A stretch of 62,984 bases of DNA, the filler included, from Ministeria vibrans ATCC 50519 (taxonomy: Eukaryota > Protista > Filasterea), in NCBI GenBank assembly GCA_943704425.1. It is 5 parts of 5 records of this genome, joined end to end, with 100 filler letters (N's around TTAATTAATTAA, not from the genome) between each part and the next. Parts side by side here need not be neighbours in the genome. Positions count along the whole stretch, not along the records: positions 1 to 31,646 come from CALSCP010001653.1; positions 31,747 to 39,878 come from CALSCP010000324.1; 3 more parts are not named here. One strand, 5' to 3'. Positions 26,980 through 36,745 of the stretch are shown here, piece by piece. Below the pieces are notes generated by a model. The model was not told the DNA's origin. It worked only from the letters and a program-made list of their open reading frames with translations, and did not search any database. The first letter of the stretch is position 1. The number at the start of each line of letters is the position of its first letter. A program made the position numbers and the translations under genes.

Positions 26980-29900
26980 TTATAAGAGGTGGGCGGTAGC
27001 ACGCCACGCAGCCGCCTCGCGTCGCGTGTTGGCCAAGAGGTAATCGAGATCGGCGCGAGCGGACGATACGGGTCTGAATGAAGAGGGGCGAGGAGGGGTA
27101 GGGCCCAGAGTAAAGGGAGCCGTCTGGTAGGCGGAGAGACGCGAAGGAGCAGGGCATGTAGGAGTTGAGGTGGGCGGTCGCGTGCGCTGGCGCTCGCCGA
27201 GGAAAACCACGTTGGACTTGTGATGAACACTGAAGGCGGTGAGGACGTCTTCGAGCTGTGACTCGGACGCGGTGCGAGCCCAGCGTAGGAAGCGAGCATC
27301 AGCGGACGTAGCATGGTCAAGAAGAAGCGGCGGCTCGTGCGACGCAAGGCGCTGTGTCTCGGCACTGTACACGCTGAGAAAGAGCAAGATTTGCGAGGCG
27401 ATGGAGCGCTGGCGGTCGATGCGGGGCCATGATAGAGGAGGAAGACGCAGATGGAAATGGTAGGAGGGGGGAAGATTGGAGGAGGCACGACGGAGAAAAC
27501 GCGCAATGAGGTCGAGTTGACTGTCCGTGTCGAGTGCACTCTCGGAAGTGTCGTCGACAAGACGCTGTTGAACTCGCTCGAGATAGCGAGCAAATGCGTG
27601 ACGGGCCAGAATGGGAGTGATGTGTCGGGGAGAGGGGAGAGAAGTAGGGGATGACGGAGGGGAGGAAGAGGAGGAGGAGGAGGAAGAGGAGAGGCAGTGG
27701 GCTTGAAGTGGTTCTGGTGGTGGCGAGGGTAAGTCTGTGCCTGGATGTGTTGGACGACGGCGACGAGTGTGTCGCAATAAAGGAGGAGGGGAGAAGGGAG
27801 GAGGACGCGGAATGGATTTAGGCGCAATGGAGGTGATCGTTTTTGTGGTTGCTGTTGTGGTTGCTGTTGTGGTTGCTGTGGTGGTTGCTGTGGTGGTTGC
27901 TGTGGTGGTCGTGGTGGTCGTGGTGATGGGGGTAGTATCATCAATGCCTCCATTGCGCGCTATGCGGATGAGGTCAGGACGCGCCTCGTGGAGACGACCG
28001 GCTGTTTGGGGACGACGCACTTGCATGCGCTCCACAAACGCACCGGTGCGCGAGGGCTCATCGTCATCGACACGAGCGTGTTTGTCTTTCCGCTTCGCAC
28101 TGGCAGTGGCACTGGCGATGCGCGTGTGAGGCACGTACGTGGTGGAGCGAGTAGACGAGCCTGGGAAGAGTTCGCGATGAAGGACCGCATTGAGCGGGCT
28201 CTTGCTCTGGATGAGAGGGCCGTAGCGAGCCCACGAGTCCTCTGAGGGGAATACCGCAACAAACCCACCGAGTCGCGTGCGCTCGTCTCTGCTCTGGGCG
28301 AGCACACGACGCTCTTCGGGGGAGAGTGTGCCACTGGCACTGCCCTGACGCCTGTCGAGGGTTGACAGTGTGGTGGTGAACGGCGGGCGCACGCGGGCGG
28401 TGGGAGTGGTGCCACGGGGCCGCGCGAGACGCGCCGATGTGGACGCAACGTGTGCGCGCCGCTGGCGGTCCAAGTAGCGCCGCACGTCGACTGCGGGAAG
28501 ACCCACGAGGGTAAGAGTGTCAGCAATAAGATGCGATTTGATGCGCATGTCCAGAGGAGACTCGCAGGCAAGCGACGGGGACAGATTCACTTCGAGCAGC
28601 CAGGGCCGCAGCGTGTCGTCGACAAGCACGTCAAACCCATACAGTTCAAAGCAGTTCTGGCGGTAAGGGACAAACTGACGACAGGCAGCGGTCACTGCAA
28701 GCTCCGCCGAGAGCACTGTTTTCACGATAATGTCTTCAATGGCGCTCATCAGGCGTTCGGGCGCGTGTCCGTCACTCTTGAGCCGACGAAAGAGCGCACT
28801 CAAAGACCACTTGGTGCCAAACGAGTCGTTGTCAGCCGATTCGGAGGCTACATAAGCATCGCTTGTCTTGTTGATCGAGTAGTTGGTCAGATGCATAAAG
28901 GTATTGCCGAGTCCCTCTGCAACATGCAAACGCANNNNNNNNNNNNNNNNNNNNNNNNNNNNNNNNNNNNNNNNNNNNNNNNNNNNNNNNNNNNNNNNNN
29001 NNNNNNNNNNNNNNNNNNNNNNNNNNNNNNNNNNNNNNNNNNNNNNNNNNNNNNNNNNNNNNNNNNNNNNNNNNNNNNNNNNNNNNNNNNNNNNNNNNNN
29101 NNNNNNNNNNNNNNNNNNNNNNNNNNNNNNNNNNNNNNNNNNNNNNNNNNNNNNNNNNNNNNNNNNNNNNNNNNNNNNNNNNNNNNNNNNNNNNNNNNNN
29201 NNNNNNNNNNNNNNNNNNNNNNNNNNNNNNNNNNNNNNNNNNNNNNNNNNNNNNNNNNNNNNNNNNNNNNNNNNNNNNNNNNNNNNNNNNNNNNNNNNNN
29301 NNNNNNNNNNNNNNNNNNNNNNNNNNNNNNNNNACATACGTCTAATATTTTGTTTCCGTCCCGTTTTTTTTTTTTTTTCACTCTCTCCTTTCTCTATTGT
29401 ATTGTTTCTCTCTTATCACTTTCTTCCTTGCCACTTGATTCCTTCACCCTCCTCTTCGTATCTCTCTATCACTTTGTTCTTTTCTTCGTAGCTCTCTATC
29501 ACTTTGCCCTTTCTCACGCACTATGTCTTTCTGTACCTTTGGGGGATGAAATCAAAATGACGAAGGCCAAAGGTCTGTTGCATGCGGACGATGGAGCGTG
29601 CAAGAGAATCCTTGCGGGTGATGGTGGACGAGCGAGGGAAGTGATTGATGCGCTGGAACTCGGTGAGTCCCGAGAGATACGCAGTCTTGATGTGACTGGC
29701 CCACAGCACATTGAAGGTAGTGCACGTCGAGGGCACTTCACGAAAGCCGTGGGCGCACAGGGTGCTTTGGATGAGGGACGAGTCGTTGAGCAGGACAAAC
29801 GTGAGCTCGCGCGTGGCTTCGGTTCGGGCACAGTCGCTTCTATCGAGCAGGCGAGACACAGGCGAGAACCGTATGACGGCGCGCCTCTTGCTTCCCGTCC

Positions 29901-30209
29901 CCGTCCAGCCAATCAGGGGCTCTTCGCCGTCGCACCCATCAGCAGCACCCTCGCCGTCATTGTCGGCATCGCTCTCCGACGAGCTGTCGTCCCCAATGAC
30001 GTCTGGCTCGGCAGGCTGTGGCAAAGCGACCGTTGTCAAGGCAATGCAATCACTGGTGTTTCAAAGTGTACCACAGAAATAGATCGAGAGGGCGAGCGCG
30101 ACGGTCGATGGCGGCTGGAGGGACGACCACGGTAGTAGACATGGACATCGTCATCGGAGCTGGCAGACGAAGGGGGGCGTGGAATGGCGGTGCGAGCACG
30201 AGAAGACAT
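26980..30209 (-). CDS. TTLL5: Tubulin polyglutamylase, TTLL5-like (spans N-gap 28935-29333)
   Basis: QRINHFPRSSTITRKD, FMHLTNYSINK, KWSLSA and NCFELYGFDVLVDDTLRPWLLEVNLSPSLACESPLD. TTLL5-type C-terminal segments RHAFARYLERVQQRL and ASESQLEDVL...VVFLG. Confidence 0.88.
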
Positions 30210-30538
30210 TTCAAGTTCAAACTGTCATCAAACGAAGGCACCAGACAAGATAACGGTACAAAGTAAAGGGGAGATCGGGGTGTTGTAGGTGAGACAAAGC
30301 AAGAAAAAAATAAATAAAAAAGAACAATAGTGAACGTAGGTCGTAGCGACGCAGCTAATACAAGTGTTTCGTGAGTAAATCGTGAGTTAATGTAAACTTA
30401 CTTGAGATGAACACACTTTTTTTTTTTCATTCACACATTCCACAACGTCCGTGTAACTGGTACCTTGTGGACTGCATCAAGTGCGACCCGAGAGACCAAC
30501 TGAGGCGGCAGCAGGGGCGGGGCGCCTCCGCCAGACAG

Positions 30539-31364
30539 ATGGACGTTCTGCAACGGTTGCGCATTGCGTATGCGTTGGCCCACTCCCTTGCCGATTGGCC
30601 CAACCACGAACTGCTGTCGCCGCGCGACGACGTGCACCACGACGCTGGTCGAGCAAGCGTGCTGATTGCGCTCTTTGTTGATGATGAGGGTACGCGAGTG
30701 CAGCAAACGCGACGGTGGAAGAGAGAGGGAGAGATGGAGACAGAGGGAGGAGACAAACACAGAGAGGGAGTGTGTGTGTGTGTGTGTGTCACTCTTGAAT
30801 GAATCGCCTGTAGCGCAAGTTCGTGTTCTGCTGACACAACGGTCGATGAAACTCCGAACGCATGCTGGAGAAGTCGCCTTTCCCGGCGGCAAGCAGGATG
30901 CGACGGATGTGGATGCGGTTGAGACGGCGCTGCGTGAGGCACACGAAGAGGTTGCACTGAAGCTGACACGGGCAGACGCGGACTGTGTTGATTCGACGGG
31001 CGACGCCAGTGACAGCACTGTGATTGGCTGTCTTCCGCCCGTCATGAGCAAGCATGGTCTCGTTGTTACGCCGGTCCTCGCCTACATCACAGCCCAAATG
31101 GCTGCCGAGACGGTTGCCAGTGAGCTTGAGGTGGAGGCCATCTTTTCGCCGCCGTTGACGCTGTTCACACGCGTCGGCGACGACTCTGTGCACCGCTCGA
31201 TGGCTGTGGAACACCAAGGCGAGACCATTCGCATGCACTTCTTTGCCTACGACGATCCCCTTGCAGGCTCCTTTACCATCTTCGGCCTGACTGCAGCCAT
31301 TCTCGTGCAGGTCGCCACGCTCGCCTACGCTGACGTGCCCCCCACGACACCTGCACGGCTCTAA
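30539..31364 (+). CDS. NUDT7: Nudix CoA pyrophosphatase (NUDT7/PCD1 family), 2 exons
   Basis: RASVLIAL, the UPF0035 motif LLTQRSMKLRTHAGEVAFPGG, the Nudix box ETALREAHEEV and IFGLTA. Confidence 0.9.
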
Positions 31365-31537
31365 GTCGTCGAGAGAATACGAAGCCACCCGTCTATTGGC
31401 AGATGGTTAATCTTTGTACTGTATTGTCATTGTAATTAAGACGGACGCGTCACTTAATCATCCCAACTCAAAACTAAAATCGAATAAATTATTTGTCTCC
31501 TCTCCACCGAGGAAGTTCCCGCCTTGTATCCCGGCCA

Positions 31538-31580
31538 ATGTCGGGGGCTTTAGAAGAAGGAGGGTGGCTCACGAAGCGAG
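31538..31580 (+). CDS. First exon of a probable PH-domain protein, truncated by the contig end
   Basis: MSGALEEGGWLTKR(G) followed by a GT donor; resembles PH strand beta1 (xxEGWLxKRG). Confidence 0.45.
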
Positions 31581-31605
31581 GTATCAAACCGCAAGAATTG
31601 ATCGC

Positions 31606-31646
<41 letters not shown>

Positions 31647-31746
31647 NNNNNNNNNNNNNNNNNNNNNNNNNNNNNNNNNNNNNNNNNNNNTTAATTAATT
31701 AANNNNNNNNNNNNNNNNNNNNNNNNNNNNNNNNNNNNNNNNNNNN
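31647..31746. other. Artificial contig linker N44-TTAATTAATTAA-N44
   Basis: 100-nt spacer with stop codons in all six frames. Confidence 0.97.
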
Positions 31747-34700
31747 GGTGACGATTGCGAGACCAACATCAACGAGTGTGGCTCGAACCCTTGCCAGAAC
31801 GGCGCCACTTGCGTCGATGGCGTCAACGGTTACACTTGCTCGTGCGCCTGTGGCTGGACTGGAGCATTGTGCTCGTCGAACATCAACGAGTGCTCGTCGA
31901 ACCCATGCCAGAACGGTGCGACATGTAACGACGCGACATGCGGCTACACTTGCACGTGCGCGCCCGGTTTCTTCGGTGCTCATTGTGACTCGAACACGAA
32001 CGAGTGCGAGTCGAACCCGTGCCAGAACGGAGGAACGTGCACTGACGCTGTCAACGGCTACAGCTGCGCGTGTGCGTGCGGCTGGGAGGGAGTCACTTGT
32101 GGTACCAACACTAACGAGTGTGCGTCCAACCCGTGCCAGAACGGCGGTGTGTGCTCCGATTTGGTGTGTGGTTTCTCGTGTGCATGCGCGGACGGATACG
32201 CCGGCGTCAACTGCGAGACGAACATCGACGAGTGCGCCAGCAACCCGTGTGTCAACGGCGCTTGTGTCGATGGCGTCAACGGCTTCACTTGCAACTGTGA
32301 GTGCGGCTGGGCTGGTCCTCTGTGCTCGTCGAACATCAACGAGTGCTCGTCGAACCCGTGCCAGAACGGTGCGACATGTAACGACGCGACGTGTGGCTAC
32401 ACTTGCACGTGCGCTCCTGGCTACTTCGGGCCCAACTGCCAGTCCGACACGGACGAATGCGAGTCGAGCCCATGCAAGAATGGAGGTGTGTGTACTGACG
32501 AAGTTGATGGATTCTCGTGCTCGTGCGCGTGCGGTTTTGCCGACACTACATGTTCGACCAACATTAACGAGTGCGCGTCGCTGCCGTGCCAGAACAACGG
32601 AGTGTGCAGCGATGCTGAATGTGGCTACACGTGTGCATGCCCTACTGGCTTTGTTGGTACTCTGTGCGAGACCAACGTCGACGAGTGTGCTTCCGATCCT
32701 TGCCAGAACGGCGGCACGTGTGTTGACGGCGATAACTCATTCTCTTGCAACTGCCCTTGCGGCTTCGAGGGCGCTCTCTGCTCCGTGAGCATCAACGAGT
32801 GCGCATCGAACCCGTGCCAGAACGGTGGTGTCTGCAACGACGCGACCTGCGGCTACTCGTGTGCCTGCGCAACCGGTTACTTTGGTGTTCTGTGTGACTC
32901 AGAGACCAACGAATGCGGTTCGAGTCCGTGTCAGAACGGCGCTACTTGCTCCGACGTTGTTGGCGGCTACACTTGCGCCTGCCCTCTCGGCTACGTTGGC
33001 GACGAATGTCAGACCAACGTGGATGAGTGTGCTTCGAACCCCTGTCAGAACCTGGGCACCTGCACCGACCTTGTGAACGGCTACTCTTGTGGGTGTGTTG
33101 TCGGCTTCACCGGGACTCACTGCGAGACCAACATTGACGACTGCGCCGCGGCTGCTTGTTCCAAGAGCTCTACTTGTATTGACGGTGTGAACAGCTACAC
33201 GTGCCAGTGTGCCTGCGGCTGGACTGGGGCTCATTGTACTACCAACATTGACGAGTGCCAGGGACACACATGCCTTAACGGCGCAACCTGTGTCGATGCA
33301 ACGTGTGACTACTCATGTACATGTGCCCCCGGCTACGGCGGCGACTTCTGCGAGACGGAGCTTAGTGAGTGCAACTCGAGTCCTTGCGAGAATGGCGGTG
33401 TGTGCAGCGAGCCCACCGTCGGCTCGTTCTCGTGCGCGTGCCCGTGTGGCTACGAAGGTGCTACGTGCACCGTCAACACTAACGAGTGCGCATCGGCACC
33501 CTGCCTGAATGGCGGCTTCTGCACCGACGCTGTTTGTGGCTACTCCTGCACGTGCGCAGCCGGCTACGCTGGCGACCACTGCGAGACTAACATTAACGAG
33601 TGCTCATCGCAGCCGTGCCTGAATGGCGCCACCTGCATCGACGGCCTCAATGGATTCTCGTGCAACTGCCCCGCCGGCTACACCGGCAACGACTGTGGAT
33701 CAGATGTTGACGAGTGTGCGTCGATGCCGTGCCAGAACAGTGGCACGTGCACCGATGCGCTTGCAGGCTTTACTTGTCAGTGCACACCGCACTTTGCCGG
33801 TGACACGTGCGAGACGGATATTGACGCGTGTGGCTCCAACCCGTGTCTTAACGGTGCTACCTGCACCGACACTCCTACGGCTTACACGTGCGCCTGTGTG
33901 CCTGGCTATGTCGGTGACAACTGCGAGTCGGAGGTTGATGAGTGCGCTTCGTCGCCTTGTATGAACGACGGTCTGTGCGTGGACGCCATTAACGGATATA
34001 CGTGTGTGTGCGAGGCGTTCTATGTGGGCGACCAGTGCGAGACGGACACGGACGAGTGCCGCGAGTCACCTTGCGAGAATGGTGCGTCGTGCGTGAACCA
34101 CAACGGCGAGGCACTGTGTCTGTGCCTTGAAGGTTACACCGGTATCGACTGCGAGACGCAGACGACGCCGTGTGCTTCGGTGCCTTGTCAGAATGGCGGT
34201 TCGTGTAACACGGTCAACGCCGAGTTGTATTCTTGTACTTGTGTCCAGGGCTACACTGGTGGTCACTGCGAGACGTTGATGAACCTGTGCGATTCGTCAC
34301 CATGCCAGAACGGCGCCGACTGCGTCCTGGGCGAGCTTCTCACCTCGTACGAGTGTGTGTGCCCGCCCTTTACGACCGGCGTGCTGTGTGAGACGCAGAT
34401 GATTGTGACTGTGTGTACCTCGCAGCCGTGCCTTAACGGTGCCACGTGTATCGACCAGGTGACTAATTACGCATGTCAATGTGACTTTGGTTTCACCGGC
34501 GACATCTGTGAGACCAACCTCGACGACTGCCTGCCAGACATTTGCTTCCACGGCGGCACCTGTGTCGACGGTGTCGACTCCTACTTGTGCGAATGTGTTG
34601 ATGGTTTCTTTGGCGAGCATTGTGAAGAGACCATTGACGAGTGCACGTCGAGTCCATGCGAGAACGGCGCTACGTGCCACGACGGTGTCTTGAGCTACAA

Positions 34701-36300
34701 CTGCGCTTGCCCCATTGGCTTTGCCGGAGCACATTGTGAGCAGAACACCGACGAGTGTTCGTCATCGCCCTGCGAGAATGGCGCCACTTGTGTTGATGGC
34801 GACAACTCCTTCACGTGCACTTGCCTGTTTGAATTTGCGGGCGAGACGTGCGGTCGCTTGAAGAACGACTGCGAACTGAACGGCTCTCCGTGCCTGAACA
34901 ATGGTGTGTGCGACACGATGGAGGGCGTGACTGGCTGTGTGTGCGAGTCGGGTTACACAGGCGACCAGTGCGAGAGCGAGATCAACGAGTGCGACTCATC
35001 GCCGTGCGGCAACGGCGGCACCTGTACCGACCAGCTTGATGGCTTCTCGTGCGCTTGCCTCGCCGAGTACACGGGTGTGCAGTGCCTCGACGACTACAAC
35101 GAGTGCCCGACATCTCCATGTGCTAACGGCGGTACCTGTACCAACACTGCACCCGGATTCTCGTGCGCCTGTGTACCCGGCTGGATTGGCGACACATGCG
35201 ACGTTGCCGACCCGTGCCTGTCCAACCCGTGCGGTGTCGACTCCTACTGCTCGACATCGGGCCTGGCATACGTATGCACTGATGCGTGCAGTCCGTCTGG
35301 CTGCCTTAACGGTGCCACCTGCACCACGGGTGTCTCAAACGACGTGTGTGTGTGCCCCACCGGCTACACTGGCGACCTGTGCGAGTCGACCTTCGACCTG
35401 TGCGACGCTCAGCCGTGCTTTAACGGCGGCACTTGCATCCAGGGCGCTACCCATGTCGAATACACGTGCGCTTGTCTCGCGTCGCAAACTGGCGATCATT
35501 GCGAGACGTCCATTGCAAGCGGCACTAAACTGTCGTCGTCTAGCGGCGCTGTGCCCACATCCATTCTTATTGCTGTTGTGGCCGGTCTGGCCGCACTTGT
35601 GGCGCTCGTGGCTATTGTTGCCATTGTGCGCCGTCGTCGCCAGGAGCCTTCTGCTCCTATGGATCAGGTACCCCTCGACCGTACGACTTCGGTTGAGTAC
35701 ACAACAGCCTGGGGCGAGGCCGAGAATTTTATGGGTGCGCGCAAGAACATGCCAAAGCGTGACCAGAGCATCATTGGCGGAGCCACGGAGGGTACATCAG
35801 CGTCGCCCAAGTCACTGCGCTCGCCAAGCATGAAGAAGAAGAAGGATGCGGCGGGCGTGATGGAGGCGAAGCGCGTCAACCCATTGCTTGCATCGGGTAT
35901 GGCGGAGCCTGTTGTCGACGACGACTGGTACGAGCGCAACTCGGCGGCTCTGCCGGGCATTTCCAACTGGATCTACGAGGACGAGCCTGACGAGACACCG
36001 TCGCCGTCTGCGTCGCGCACCAGCAGCTCGATTATGGCAAGTCTTGCGGCAAGCCTTGCTGCCGACAAGGCGGCAGCGGCCGCCGCATCGTCGGCACGCC
36101 GCACATCGCGTAACGGCTATGAGCAGGCACCCGACATTGAGAGTGGCTCTGATGAGGACACTGGTCCCGTCACTCGCTCGGCTGCGCGCCGTCAGCCTTC
36201 CTTCCAGCCTGGTCTGGATGCCATGGAGTGCGAGGCGGATCGTCCCAGCCTGCGTCGCCGCAGCTCGCGAACACCGCGCGTCAACGAAGACGAGACGTGA
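31747..36300 (+). CDS. Type I membrane protein with ~33 cbEGF-like repeats, one TM helix and a low-complexity Tyr-containing tail; 5'-partial
   Basis: Uninterrupted ORF of xNECxSxPCxNGxTCxDxxxxYxCxCxxGxxGxxC repeats. TM ILIAVVAGLAALVALVAIVAIV-RRRR at ~35563-35640. No LNR or ankyrin repeats. Confidence 0.93.
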   Translation, partial: GDDCETNINECGSNPCQNGATCVDGVNGYTCSCACGWTGALCSSNINECSSNPCQNGATCNDATCGYTCTCAPGFFGAHCDSNTNECESNPCQNGGTCTDAVNGYSCACACGWEGVTCGTNTNECASNPCQNGGVCSDLVCGFSCACADGYAGVNCETNIDECASNPCVNGACVDGVNGFTCNCECGWAGPLCSSNINECSSNPCQNGATCNDATCGYTCTCAPGYFGPNCQSDTDECESSPCKNGGVCTDEVDGFSCSCACGFADTTCSTNINECASLPCQNNGVCSDAECGYTCACPTGFVGTLCETNVDECASDPCQNGGTCVDGDNSFSCNCPCGFEGALCSVSINECASNPCQNGGVCNDATCGYSCACATGYFGVLCDSETNECGSSPCQNGATCSDVVGGYTCACPLGYVGDECQTNVDECASNPCQNLGTCTDLVNGYSCGCVVGFTGTHCETNIDDCAAAACSKSSTCIDGVNSYTCQCACGWTGAHCTTNIDECQGHTCLNGATCVDATCDYSCTCAPGYGGDFCETELSECNSSPCENGGVCSEPTVGSFSCACPCGYEGATCTVNTNECASAPCLNGGFCTDAVCGYSCTCAAGYAGDHCETNINECSSQPCLNGATCIDGLNGFSCNCPAGYTGNDCGSDVDECASMPCQNSGTCTDALAGFTCQCTPHFAGDTCETDIDACGSNPCLNGATCTDTPTAYTCACVPGYVGDNCESEVDECASSPCMNDGLCVDAINGYTCVCEAFYVGDQCETDTDECRESPCENGASCVNHNGEALCLCLEGYTGIDCETQTTPCASVPCQNGGSCNTVNAELYSCTCVQGYTGGHCETLMNLCDSSPCQNGADCVLGELLTSYECVCPPFTTGVLCETQMIVTVCTSQPCLNGATCIDQVTNYACQCDFGFTGDICETNLDDCLPDICFHGGTCVDGVDSYLCECVDGFFGEHCEETIDECTSSPCENGATCHDGVLSYNCACPIGFAGAHCEQNTDECSSSPCENGATCVDGDNSFTCTCLFEFAGETCGRLKNDCELNGSPCLNNGVCDTMEGVTGCVCESGYTGDQCESEINECDSSPCGNGGTCTDQLDGFSCACLAEYTGVQCLDDYNECPTSPCANGGTCTNTAPGFSCACVPGWIGDTCDVADPCLSNPCGVDSYCSTSGLAYVCTDACSPSGCLNGATCTTGVSNDVCVCPTGYTGDLCESTFDLCDAQPCFNGGTCIQGATHVEYTCACLASQTGDHCETSIASGTKLSSSSGAVPTSILIAVVAGLAALVALVAIVAIVRRRRQEPSAPMDQVPLDRTTSVEYTTAWGEAENFMGARKNMPKRDQSIIGGATEGTSASPKSLRSPSMKKKKDAAGVMEAKRVNPLLASGMAEPVVDDDWYERNSAALPGISNWIYEDEPDETPSPSASRTSSSIMASLAASLAADKAAAAAASSARRTSRNGYEQAPDIESGSDEDTGPVTRSAARRQPSFQPGLDAMECEADRPSLRRRSSRTPRVNEDET

Positions 36301-36368
36301 TTTTGAGAGAGGAAAGAAGAGGGAAAGTGATATAGAGAGTGGTATTTTGTTTAATCCCTTTTGGTGAG

Positions 36369-36412
<44 letters not shown>

Positions 36413-36745
36413 GAGCAACTATATTCATATCTATTTCAATAAACACAACGTTATTATTGCAAAAAGCATCTTTTTCAGACACGACTTGTTTAGCTTATTG
36501 TGTTTTTTCTATTGTGCCCTTGTCTCCCTTGAATAATTGAATACGAAATAATTATTAATTAAAATTAATATAGTATATTATATTTTTTCTTGCTTGCATT
36601 TGACCTTCTTGGCATCCGAACCTATTCGCATTTCGCCCTCAATATCTTGCATTGCTGTTGTGCAAGTCAGGCGTGATTTGGCAGATTTGAATTTGCAAGG
36701 TGTCAAACCGAATTCCACCCGTCATCGATGCCTTGGGCCACCGCA

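Noticed and set aside
27845-27925. 12-bp tandem repeat
   Set aside because: It simply encodes a low-complexity Thr/Ala linker in TTLL5.
28450-30135. ORFs running through N-gaps
   Set aside because: These are artefacts of translating Ns as X.
26980-30209. Functional cluster of microtubule genes (TTLL5, CFAP61, spastin)
   Set aside because: Spastin is on a different contig, and the other two are separated by unrelated housekeeping genes.
31647-31746. TTAATTAATTAA palindrome flanked by Ns, repeated four times in the window
   Set aside because: It is an artificial six-frame-stop contig linker, not a biological repeat. It also rules out any 'adhesion gene cluster' claim linking the EGF genes to the cadherin.
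31747-36300. Notch, Delta or Crumbs orthologue
   Set aside because: No LNR, NOD or ankyrin repeats, no DSL or LamG domain in the visible part, and no ERLI tail. Only the EGF repeats are similar.
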